From Patescibacteria group bacterium (GTDB taxonomy: Bacteria; Patescibacteriota; Minisyncoccia; Phycocordibacterales; UBA2100): a stretch of 38,422 nucleotides of DNA. How positions within the stretch are numbered: the stretch's first letter is position 1; the number at the start of each line of letters is the position of its first letter. The DNA is taken from contig JANLHO010000057.1 of assembly GCA_024654485.1 (NCBI GenBank), forward strand, positions 1 to 38,422. The letters run 5' to 3'. Made by a program: the position numbers and the translations under genes. The notes below the pieces were generated by a model. That model was not told where the DNA came from and did not search any database. It saw only the letters and a program-made list of their open reading frames with translations. Positions 22,500-29,888 of this stretch are shown here, in pieces.

Positions 22500-22847
22500 T
22501 CAGCTCTTCAGCTCTTGGGCGAGTCGTGCAAAAGTCTCGGGGTGGTCCTTGGCCAGAGCCGCGAGTGATTTGCGGTCAAGCGCTATGGACTTCTTCTTCA
22601 GTGCGTTTATGAATTTGGAATACGAGAATCCGTTCTCACGCGCGGATGCATTTATGCGGATAGCCCAGAGGCTGCGGAATTCGCGCTTCTTGGCGCGGCG
22701 GTGGCGGAAAGCGTGCGCGCCCGCGTGCCGTATCGCTTCCTTGGCGACGCGCTCTTTGGACTTGCGGCCGAAGCGGTAACCCTTGGTCTGTGCCAGTATG
22801 TTCTTTCGGCGCTTATTCTTGGTCGTTCCCCGTTTTACTCTTGCCAT
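22500..22847 (-). CDS. rplT: 50S ribosomal protein L20
   Basis: MARVKRGTTKNKRRKNIL...GYRF, an L20 N-terminus. Confidence 0.95.
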   Translation of the reverse strand: MARVKRGTTKNKRRKNILAQTKGYRFGRKSKERVAKEAIRHAGAHAFRHRRAKKREFRSLWAIRINASARENGFSYSKFINALKKKSIALDRKSLAALAKDHPETFARLAQELKS

Positions 22848-22886
22848 ACGTAATGATTTCGTTTTCCGTGTTCCCGTTATTTTATT

Positions 22887-23075
22887 CTAATTTGTGCTTG
22901 GCAGGAAACGACTGCGGTTTTTGCCCGTCATCTCCATGCTGGAAGGGCGCTTGCGGCTCATGTGGCTGGAACCGGAGTCTTTAGCGTTGAAGTGATTCTG
23001 CCCCGGCGAGCGCGAGACTATCTTGCCGCGCTTCGTGACGCGCAGGCGTTTGGTATATGATTTGTTGGTTTTCAT
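22887..23075 (-). CDS. rpmI: 50S ribosomal protein L35
   Basis: 62-aa basic ORF MKTNKSYTKRLRVTKRGKI between infC and rplT. Confidence 0.9.
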   Translation of the reverse strand: MKTNKSYTKRLRVTKRGKIVSRSPGQNHFNAKDSGSSHMSRKRPSSMEMTGKNRSRFLPSTN

Positions 23076-23125
23076 ACGTTTTTGATTTGCATACCCCGTG
23101 GCGACGCTCCGCGCCGCTTTACGGG
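23076..23125 (-). repeat. 50-nt hairpin-containing insert flanked by a 12-nt duplication of the rpmI start
   Basis: GTTGGTTTTCAT occurs at 23064-23075 and again at 23126-23137. The internal inverted repeat is ACCCCGT (23093-23099) with ACGGGGT (23121-23127). Confidence 0.65.
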
Positions 23126-23137
23126 GTTGGTTTTCAT

Positions 23138-23313
23138 ATCTTAGAGATTCTTAGCGAGCGCCACGAGCGTTAGAAGCTCTTAGACCCGCCTAAATTTGCC
23201 GAAGCAAAAGGCCGAAAAATCGGCCGTGCGGGAACTATACCGCATTGATTGCCTAGGTGCAACTTTAGAGCCAAATTTGGGCGGGCAAGGTAAAACAGTA
23301 CTTATTTTACGTC
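23138..23313 (-). repeat. Structured intergenic element, family A copy 4 (minus strand)
   Basis: Read on the minus strand: 5' hairpin GTAAAA...TTTTAC (23290-23310), stem arms at 23273-23285 and 23184-23197, TTCTAAC (23169-23175), and pre-ATG motif CTCGCTAAGAATCTCTAAGAT (23138-23158). Confidence 0.7.
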
Positions 23314-23925
23314 TTACTCTTCGGGTGCCGGTTTTGGGGCAGGCGATACCTCCTTGGGCGCCGGCTTTGGCGAGGATTTCTTGGACGAGTCGCGCTCAAT
23401 GACCACCGAGAGACCTTTGGGGCTTTTCTGTATCTGCTCGGCCACCTTGTAGTTTTCGGGTATTACGGCGAGGAAACGCTCAAGCCTCTCCTTGAGGAAA
23501 TCAAATTCCATGTATTTGTATCTGCCCCACAGGAAGAGGTCTATCTTGACGCGATGGCCTTCCTTGAGCCAGACGGCGGCCTTGGAGGCTTTTATATGCA
23601 TGTCGCGCTCCGACGTACCTATCTTTACCTGCGTCACTTTTGTCTCCGTAACGTGCGCTTTCGCCTTCACGCCCTTTTCTTTCTTTTTCTGCTCGTATTT
23701 GAATTTCCCGTAGTCAGTTATTTTGGCGACAGGCGGCTTGGCGCCCGGAGATATCTCTATGAGATCCAGACCAAGCTCCTTCGCCTTTGCGATGGCTTCG
23801 CGCACGGGCAAGACACCGAAGTTCTCTCCTTCGGGCCCGATGACGCGCACTTCCGCCGCACGGATGCCCTCGTTCATGCGCGTGCGCGCTTTCTCCGCCT
23901 GTGAAGTATACTTTGTAAATCCCAT
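23314..23925 (-). CDS. infC: Translation initiation factor IF-3
   Basis: NEGIRAAEVRVIGPEGENFGVL and the C-terminal IF-3 domain. Has a Pro/Lys-rich tail. Confidence 0.93.
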   Translation of the reverse strand: MGFTKYTSQAEKARTRMNEGIRAAEVRVIGPEGENFGVLPVREAIAKAKELGLDLIEISPGAKPPVAKITDYGKFKYEQKKKEKGVKAKAHVTETKVTQVKIGTSERDMHIKASKAAVWLKEGHRVKIDLFLWGRYKYMEFDFLKERLERFLAVIPENYKVAEQIQKSPKGLSVVIERDSSKKSSPKPAPKEVSPAPKPAPEE

Positions 23926-23942
23926 TGGAAACTTGTCGGCGG

Positions 23943-23948
23943 ATTATA
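23943..23948 (-). promoter_or_regulatory. -10 box upstream of infC
   Basis: TATAAT on the minus strand, 17 nt before ATG 23925, implying a short leader of about 10 nt. Confidence 0.4.
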
Positions 23949-23969
23949 ACACGAAAGTGAAGTGCGCAC

Positions 23970-25571
23970 CTACTCCGCGTACACCCTGGCAGGCGCGCCG
24001 CCGAAGGGCTTCAGGTAGTAGAGAGCGCGCGACACCACTTGCTTCATGTTGTCCAGAAGATTGAACAGGGCGGAATTTTGCGGGGCAGGATTGGGAGCAC
24101 TTTGCGACAAGTCCGACGATGTGAAAGTCTGCCCCCCTGCGGGCGGCTGTTGTTGGGCTGCATTCCCTTGTGCGCGTGCCTGCGCCTTCGTTAGCACCTG
24201 CACATCGGCGGATTTTGGCTCCTCGGTGTCCCCGTCGTCGCCCTCGTTGCCTGCGGGTCTGCCTATCTCTCCTGTTTCGGCCATGCCACTCGCGATTCCG
24301 CTAGCAAACTCTCCTATTTCCGGATTGAGCGCTATGGGCGTAGAGGAGGCATCTCCGTCGGGGGAACCGACATCAACAGAGCCGCTCACCGGCTCCGCGT
24401 ACAGTCCTATGATGTCCGCCGCGGATGGATTGTTCGCCGACCTTATGCTCTCCGAGACGGGATTCGTTTCCGGCGTACTGGACGGCGAGCTTGCACGCGC
24501 CGGCGACGGCTGTGCTGGCGCGCATGTGTTGCCGGAGCATCCATTGGCGCATTTCTGCAGGGCGATGGCTTGGCAGGATGAGCTGTTGTAATAGTAGGTC
24601 CCGTCCTTGCAAGAATAGCTAGGCGTGCACGGCGTGGGCGACCCCGTCTCTCCCTGCGGCTGCGAGCCGCCGCCGCTGGTACCCGCGCCGCTCGGCGAAT
24701 TGGCGCCGCCCGTGCTCTGCTGCGGAGGAGGCGGAGGAGGCGGGGGAGGCTGCTGCTGTTGCTGCTGATTTTGACCACCAAAGAATTTTCGCAATGCATC
24801 GCTCAAGCCGCCGGATGGTGCCGCATGCGGGTATTCATCGGGGAAGTCGTAATAATTCGGAGGGATATCCTGATCCGGAGGCACGTTGCCGCCCGCGCTG
24901 CAGCCGCCTTTTTTGGGCACGAAGTGCACTTTGTCCTTGAATCCGAGATAAAAAGTGAGTCCGAATGACGGGGCCGCTCTGTGCAGCTTCGCGTAGTTCG
25001 CTTCGGAATTCGTATTGATGTCTATGGCTATGCCGCTAGGATGTTCACATCGCTGTACGCCTTTCTTCCCGCACGCTATACCGCCCTTCCCGCTTATGTA
25101 TCGCTGATAGTACTCGTTCTGTTTTTCAGGAGTCCGGTATCCTTCCTTTACGCATACTGGTATCCCGTTCTGTGACGCGCTTTTGATGAAGTTGGTTGCG
25201 CATTGCGCGAATTTCGCATCCAGACCCTGTATCGTACCGTCCGCTCCTGCGCCGCCGTAGTTGTCACCGTCTACCTTGCACAAAATGCTTCTCAGGTACT
25301 CCTTAGCCTGGCCCGCGGCCTGCCCGATATTCGGGTCCGTCGGCTTCCAGCAGCTCCCGATCACGAGGTAATCGTCGGGGAACCCTGCCGCTTTCATGAG
25401 AGGCAGGTCCTCGGCCGTCGCCGGACGCTCGCCCGGATTCGGGCATGTGACGGCGAGCGTTGGACTTGGCGCAATGCCTGCTACCAGGAACACGCCAAAC
25501 ACCGCAACGGATACGGAAGCTACGCGCATACTTAGAGTATACAAGAGCTTCGGTGCTCTCGGGCGGGTCAT
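23970..25571 (-). CDS. Secreted peptidase M15 (VanY-like D,D-carboxypeptidase) with Gln/Pro-rich and Cys-rich C-terminal regions
   Basis: N-terminal signal/TM segment, the metal-site-like CEHPSGIAIDIN, a QQQQQPPPPPPPPPQQ run, and a Cys-rich module. Confidence 0.8.
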   Translation of the reverse strand: MTRPRAPKLLYTLSMRVASVSVAVFGVFLVAGIAPSPTLAVTCPNPGERPATAEDLPLMKAAGFPDDYLVIGSCWKPTDPNIGQAAGQAKEYLRSILCKVDGDNYGGAGADGTIQGLDAKFAQCATNFIKSASQNGIPVCVKEGYRTPEKQNEYYQRYISGKGGIACGKKGVQRCEHPSGIAIDINTNSEANYAKLHRAAPSFGLTFYLGFKDKVHFVPKKGGCSAGGNVPPDQDIPPNYYDFPDEYPHAAPSGGLSDALRKFFGGQNQQQQQQPPPPPPPPPQQSTGGANSPSGAGTSGGGSQPQGETGSPTPCTPSYSCKDGTYYYNSSSCQAIALQKCANGCSGNTCAPAQPSPARASSPSSTPETNPVSESIRSANNPSAADIIGLYAEPVSGSVDVGSPDGDASSTPIALNPEIGEFASGIASGMAETGEIGRPAGNEGDDGDTEEPKSADVQVLTKAQARAQGNAAQQQPPAGGQTFTSSDLSQSAPNPAPQNSALFNLLDNMKQVVSRALYYLKPFGGAPARVYAE

Positions 25572-26212
25572 GTGGACGCCGCCTTCGTGGTGTTGCCGTC
25601 GCAGGCGTCGGGCGACCAGAAGCCGAGATGCTGCTCCTCGGCTGCTTTCTGCGCGGCCCTGAAATCGTCGCGGTATTTGTAGTGCTGGCCGCTATAGGTG
25701 TATTCGTGCGCGAATCCGCGCTCTATCATGTATTCGTTGTAGAAAAGTCCGTCGGACGCGCGGAATACGTAGGCGAGCGTACGGCCGTATTTGTCGTATG
25801 TGCCGGATACCGCATCGTACTCCAGCCGCACCCACTGGCCATCAAGCAAGCGGTGCCCCTCCGCGGAGGCCTCTTTACCGAAGCATTGCACTACCTTGCG
25901 CGGGTCCACGACCTCCGGCGTGTCCATCCCGACGAGGCGCAAGCGCACGCTCTCTCCGTGCATAAAAATGTCTATCGTGTCGCCGTCCACCACTTTCAGC
26001 ACTTGGTACGTATTCGGAATCGTCGCGAGAAGCTCTTTTGGCGCAGGGACAGCGGGGGAGGGGGTGGCGCTCATTGCCGCTCCCGCCTCGGTAGATTCCA
26101 CGCCGTTTGGTGTCGCCGCCCACACGCCGCCGTACGCTCCCATCCCGACCGCGCCGAGTGCAAGCGCGCCGCATAGGCCCGCGCACGCATACCACACTCC
26201 GGGGGACTTCAT
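25568..26212 (-). CDS. Secreted thermonuclease (SNase-like)
   Basis: VVDGDTIDI...RLVGMDTPE motifs. Start ATG 26212 (MKSPGVWYACAGL, signal-like) was chosen from -10 spacing. The stop overlaps the M15 start (ATGA). Confidence 0.85.
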   Translation of the reverse strand: MKSPGVWYACAGLCGALALGAVGMGAYGGVWAATPNGVESTEAGAAMSATPSPAVPAPKELLATIPNTYQVLKVVDGDTIDIFMHGESVRLRLVGMDTPEVVDPRKVVQCFGKEASAEGHRLLDGQWVRLEYDAVSGTYDKYGRTLAYVFRASDGLFYNEYMIERGFAHEYTYSGQHYKYRDDFRAAQKAAEEQHLGFWSPDACDGNTTKAAST

Positions 26213-26218
26213 ACAGAG

Positions 26219-26224
26219 ATTATA
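26219..26224 (-). promoter_or_regulatory. -10 box, leaderless-type spacing
   Basis: TATAAT on the minus strand, 6 nt before ATG 26212. Confidence 0.55.
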
Positions 26225-26254
26225 TCCCGCGATTGCACTCGACGGATTTCCGCG

Positions 26255-26260
26255 TACTAT
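26255..26260 (+). promoter_or_regulatory. -10 box, leaderless-type spacing
   Basis: TACTAT, 6 nt before ATG 26267. Confidence 0.5.
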
Positions 26261-26266
26261 TTTCCA

Positions 26267-27676
26267 ATGCACTACGTTTCCACGCGCGGAGGGGGTGAGC
26301 CGCAGACATTCTCCAAGATACTGCTTGAGGGTCTATCGGCCGACGGCGGCCTTTATGTGCCGGAAGAATATCCGCAAGTGACGACCGAAGAGCTTGCGAA
26401 TATGCGCGGTATGAGCTACTCCGAGCTCGCCTTCGCCGTTCTCTCCAAATATATAGACGACATTCCTCCGGAGGAGCTGCGTAAGATGATATCTGAGACG
26501 TATACGAAAGAAGTGTTCGGCACCGATGAAGTAGTTCCGGTGCGCGAGTTGGGAAAAGGACTATTCCTTCTGAATCTCTCCGAAGGCCCTACGCTCGCTT
26601 TCAAAGACATCGCCTTGCAGCTTCTGGGCAGGCTCTTTGAGCACGCGCTCGCGCGAAGCGGCGAGGAGCTCAATATTTTCGGGGCCACTTCGGGCGACAC
26701 TGGAAGCGCCGCGGAATACGCGATGCGCGGCCGCAAGGGCATTCGCGTCTTCATGCTCTCTCCGCACGAGCGCATGAGCCCTTTCCAGCGCCGGCAGATG
26801 TACACGCTTCAGGACGAAAATATTTTCAACATCGCCGTTCTGGGCACTTTTGACGATTGTCAGGACGTGGTGAAGCAGGTGAATGCCGATGCCGCTTTCA
26901 AGAGCCGCTATCATCTCGGTGCCGTCAATTCCATCAATTGGGCGCGCATCGCGGCGCAGGTCGTCTACTACTTCTGGGGATACTTCAAAGCCACGCGTTC
27001 AAACGACGAACAGGCGGATTTCTCCGTCCCGACGGGCAATTTCGGCGACATACTCGCGGGCTACATAGCCAAGCGAATGGGTCTTCCGGTGAGGAGGCTC
27101 ATCCTCGCGACCAACGAAAACAACGTTCTTGAAGAATTCTTCTCTACCGGCAAGTACCGGCCGCGCACGGGTGCCGAGGTCGCCACCACATCCAGCCCTT
27201 CCATGGACATTTCCAAGGCCTCAAATTTTGAGCGCTATGTATTTGACCTAGTCGGGCGCGACGGCACGCGAATGCGGGAGCTTTGGGATGCGCTCGGCAG
27301 TGAAGGCGCTTTTGATGTCGCCGATTCGGAAGATTTCGCGCGAGTCGGGGAGAGCGGCATCGTCGCCGGCTCCTCCGCGCACGCCGACCGCGTCCGGACG
27401 ATACGCGCCATCTTTGAGAAATACGGCGTCCTCATAGACCCGCATACGGCCGATGGGGTCGCCACCGGTCTGCGGCTTCGCGAGGGGGGCGTGCCGCTTA
27501 TCTGCCTCCAGACCGCGCTGCCGGAGAAATTCGCCGACACGATACGCGAGGCGATAGGACGCGAGCCGGAGGCGAGCGCGCGCTACGCGAAGCTCGCGGA
27601 CATGCCGGAGCGTTTTGAGGTATTCCCGCCAGAGGCGGAGAAGCTAAAACAATTCATAGCGGCGCACGCGCGTTGA
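26267..27676 (+). CDS. thrC: Threonine synthase
   Basis: MHYVSTRGG N-terminus and the PLP-lysine motif PTLAFKD; 469 aa. Confidence 0.95.
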   Translation: MHYVSTRGGGEPQTFSKILLEGLSADGGLYVPEEYPQVTTEELANMRGMSYSELAFAVLSKYIDDIPPEELRKMISETYTKEVFGTDEVVPVRELGKGLFLLNLSEGPTLAFKDIALQLLGRLFEHALARSGEELNIFGATSGDTGSAAEYAMRGRKGIRVFMLSPHERMSPFQRRQMYTLQDENIFNIAVLGTFDDCQDVVKQVNADAAFKSRYHLGAVNSINWARIAAQVVYYFWGYFKATRSNDEQADFSVPTGNFGDILAGYIAKRMGLPVRRLILATNENNVLEEFFSTGKYRPRTGAEVATTSSPSMDISKASNFERYVFDLVGRDGTRMRELWDALGSEGAFDVADSEDFARVGESGIVAGSSAHADRVRTIRAIFEKYGVLIDPHTADGVATGLRLREGGVPLICLQTALPEKFADTIREAIGREPEASARYAKLADMPERFEVFPPEAEKLKQFIAAHAR

Positions 27677-27685
27677 TTTGGCACG

Positions 27686-27723
27686 CCCCCACACCGACTT
27701 TTTTGGAAAAGTCGGTGTGGGGG
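27686..27723. repeat. 38-bp palindrome, family P copy 2
   Basis: CCCCCACACCGACTTTT-TTGG-AAAAGTCGGTGTGGGGG. GCACGCC lies on both sides (27681-27687 and 27730-27736). Confidence 0.8.
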
Positions 27724-27729
27724 TATAAT
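27724..27729 (+). promoter_or_regulatory. -10 box, leaderless-type spacing
   Basis: TATAAT directly abutting the palindrome, 7 nt before ATG 27737. Confidence 0.55.
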
Positions 27730-27736
27730 GCACGCC

Positions 27737-28420
27737 ATGAAAAAGGTCACAGGCCTCATCATCGCCGCTCTCGCGCTTGCCGCTCTCGCGCAGATCGTCA
27801 TCGTCTACGCGCCGCGCCCTTCCGGCTCCGCATCTCCCGCGCAGGGACAGAGCGGCGGCACGCAGCTGACCATCGCGCGGATACACGAGCAGACACCGGC
27901 GTACGATATAGATGCGCAGTATCCGCAATTTGGACTGCCCGCCATTGATTCGCAGATAAAATATGCGGTGGAGGGTGCTGTCGCCGAGTTCAAAACTCTT
28001 CCGCCGAATCCGCCGGACTCTGCGACGACGCAAAATCAGTTCACGGGCACTTTTGATAAGGTTTACGCCGGCTCCGACACGGTATCCCTTGAGCTTATCC
28101 TCTCGCAATACACGGGCGGCGCGCACCCCATGACCCTTTTCGCGGGGCTAAACTTTGACCGCGCGACGGGTCGCTTGCTGCTCCTTGATGACGCACTCAA
28201 CCTAATCGGCAAAACGGTGCAGGAAGTTTCCGATGCCGCAAGCGCGCAATTCAGAGAGGAATTCGGCGACGCCTTCTTCTCCGAGGGCGCAACGGATAAT
28301 CCGGAGAATTTCAGCTCATTCATAATCTCCGCCGACGAAGTGACATTTATCTTCCAACAATACCAAGTGGCCGCCTACGCCGCCGGCGCGCAGGAGGTCT
28401 CCTTCCCCCGCGTGCGGTAA
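27737..28420 (+). CDS. DUF3298/DUF4163-like secreted or membrane-anchored protein
   Basis: N-terminal TM/signal segment and the YTGGAHP hallmark. Confidence 0.75.
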   Translation: MKKVTGLIIAALALAALAQIVIVYAPRPSGSASPAQGQSGGTQLTIARIHEQTPAYDIDAQYPQFGLPAIDSQIKYAVEGAVAEFKTLPPNPPDSATTQNQFTGTFDKVYAGSDTVSLELILSQYTGGAHPMTLFAGLNFDRATGRLLLLDDALNLIGKTVQEVSDAASAQFREEFGDAFFSEGATDNPENFSSFIISADEVTFIFQQYQVAAYAAGAQEVSFPRVR

Positions 28421-28533
28421 AGTCGGCAAAACAAGCTCCAAAAAGAGGTAATACCATGTAAATACAACTGAATAAGTTGGATGACCTAAACCATCGGCAA
28501 CGGTGGCATGGTCTCAAATCATAAGGCATAGAG

Positions 28534-28554
28534 AACCCGTCATTCAGGGTTTTT
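28534..28554 (+). terminator. Weak terminator-like hairpin overlapping the GIY-YIG 3' end
   Basis: AACCC-GTCATTCA-GGGTT followed by TTT. Confidence 0.3.
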
Positions 28555-28812
28555 CGTTTCTAATCCCTCCTGATATCGCTCGATGAGCATCTCTTTCTTG
28601 CCGCAGCGCCACTTTTTTATCTGAATCTCACGCTTTCGCGCGTCGGCAAGCGCTTCGTATTGCTCTAAGAAAACTATCTCGAAAGTCGGGATTCTTCTTG
28701 TGAACTGTGCGCCGCGCCTGGCGTTGTGATGGGCGAGTCGTTGTTGTGGGTTATTAGTAACACCGACGTAGAGTTTGCTTGCGGAGTTGCGAATCATGTA
28801 GACGAAATACAT
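28540..28812 (-). CDS. GIY-YIG nuclease superfamily protein (UPF0213-like)
   Basis: 90 aa with YFVYMIRN...KLYVGVTNN...RLAHHN. Confidence 0.85.
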   Translation of the reverse strand: MYFVYMIRNSASKLYVGVTNNPQQRLAHHNARRGAQFTRRIPTFEIVFLEQYEALADARKREIQIKKWRCGKKEMLIERYQEGLETKNPE

Positions 28813-28818
28813 CTACAT

Positions 28819-28824
28819 ATTTTA
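28819..28824 (-). promoter_or_regulatory. -10 box, leaderless-type spacing
   Basis: TAAAAT on the minus strand, 6 nt before ATG 28812. Confidence 0.5.
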
Positions 28825-28914
28825 GTCCCTCGACGTTGCTCGGGACACCCGCCGCGCCCGAATGTAAGGTGGCTTGCCACGAGCAAGCCCCTCCTTTAGG
28901 AGGGGCGCGTCGAG

Positions 28915-29302
28915 TGGAGATGGAGGGAATTGCACCCTCGTCCAGAGAAGAGAATATGAACGCTTCTACACAACGTAGATCATCTTGAAGATTTAAGCGA
29001 TGCGCCTTAAAGATGAACGAAACGGCGCACTGCCGAGTCCCATTTCTTAGATACGGGCGGGACAGATCCGCATCAGTACTTGAAGTTTTTTTACGCCCTT
29101 TCAAGCTTGATCAAGCTTCGGCCTGAAGGACGGCGCTTAGGCAACGTATGCGTAAGCGGGCTGCAAGTCTGCCATCTGGATAGGTGACAAAATTGCCCGT
29201 GCTACTTTGTTCGCACTTGGATTTTGAGGCAGTTTCAAAAGATGCCCCAACTTTGTTGTGCACGCACATACTCCTATTTCCCTGTCGAAACTGATCATCC
29301 CC
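28915..29302 (-). ncRNA. ssrA: tmRNA (ssrA), CCA not encoded
   Basis: The minus strand starts GGGGAUGAUCAGUUUCGACAGGGA. The 3' end is GAGGG-UGCAAUU-CCCUC-CAUCUCC-A. The acceptor stem pairs with the 5' GGGGAUG, including G3:U. The tag frame ends ...ADLQPAYAYVA-UAA. Lies downstream of smpB. Confidence 0.85.
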
Positions 29303-29348
29303 CACCTCCGATCACCGGAGTGATCAGAGGTGGGGAGGGACCAACAGG

Positions 29349-29789
29349 CTATTTTTTCAAAGTCCTCTCAATGCGGCGTTTCTCCTCGCGCGCCCGGATA
29401 TACTGACGTTTGTCCTCTTTTTTCTTTCCGCGGGCTATCGCGATGGCTACCTTCAGTTTTCGGTTTTTATTATACACTCGCAAAGGCACTATTGTCAATC
29501 CCTTCTCACCCTCCGCGGAGGCCACATGGGCTATTTCTTTGCGCGAAAGCAGCAGACGGCGCGAGCGCTCAGGATCATAGCTTTTGGGGGCATTGGCTAT
29601 CTGCCACGCCGGTATGCTCGCACCCACGAGATATGCCTCGCCACCGCGCGCGACCACCCGCGCGCCCTTCAGCGAACCCCTTCCGGCACGAAGTGACTTC
29701 ACCTCAAAGCCGTGCAGCTCAATGCCCGCCTCAATCTCTTCAAGAAGCGTGTACTCAAGCCCAATTTTCTTGTTTTCAATCAAACTCAT
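29349..29789 (-). CDS. smpB: SsrA-binding protein SmpB
   Basis: 146 aa with GIELHGFEVKSLR and a basic C-terminal tail. Confidence 0.95.
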   Translation of the reverse strand: MSLIENKKIGLEYTLLEEIEAGIELHGFEVKSLRAGRGSLKGARVVARGGEAYLVGASIPAWQIANAPKSYDPERSRRLLLSRKEIAHVASAEGEKGLTIVPLRVYNKNRKLKVAIAIARGKKKEDKRQYIRAREEKRRIERTLKK

Positions 29790-29869
29790 ACTGTCATGGC
29801 TTTTTTGCTTGCCCCGTAGCTCCGCCGAAGGCGGATGGTACCGGGGTTCTCCACGAGGCTCATGCGAAG

Positions 29870-29875
29870 ACTATA
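29870..29875 (-). promoter_or_regulatory. -10 box, 6 nt before a 25-codon uORF preceding smpB
   Basis: TATAGT on the minus strand, then CTTCGC, then ATG at 29863. Confidence 0.4.
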
Positions 29876-29888
29876 TCATCCGCGTGTC

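Noticed and set aside
24540-24640. Cys/Tyr/Asn/Ser-rich C-terminal module of the M15 protein considered as a DGR variable region
   Set aside because: There is no reverse transcriptase, no template-repeat copy, and no adenine-specific mismatch pattern anywhere in the window.
28540-28812. GIY-YIG gene considered as a homing endonuclease of an intron or as part of a prophage or island at ssrA
   Set aside because: There is no intron context, integrase, direct repeat of the ssrA 3' end or phage gene. The size and motifs fit the stand-alone UPF0213-type family.
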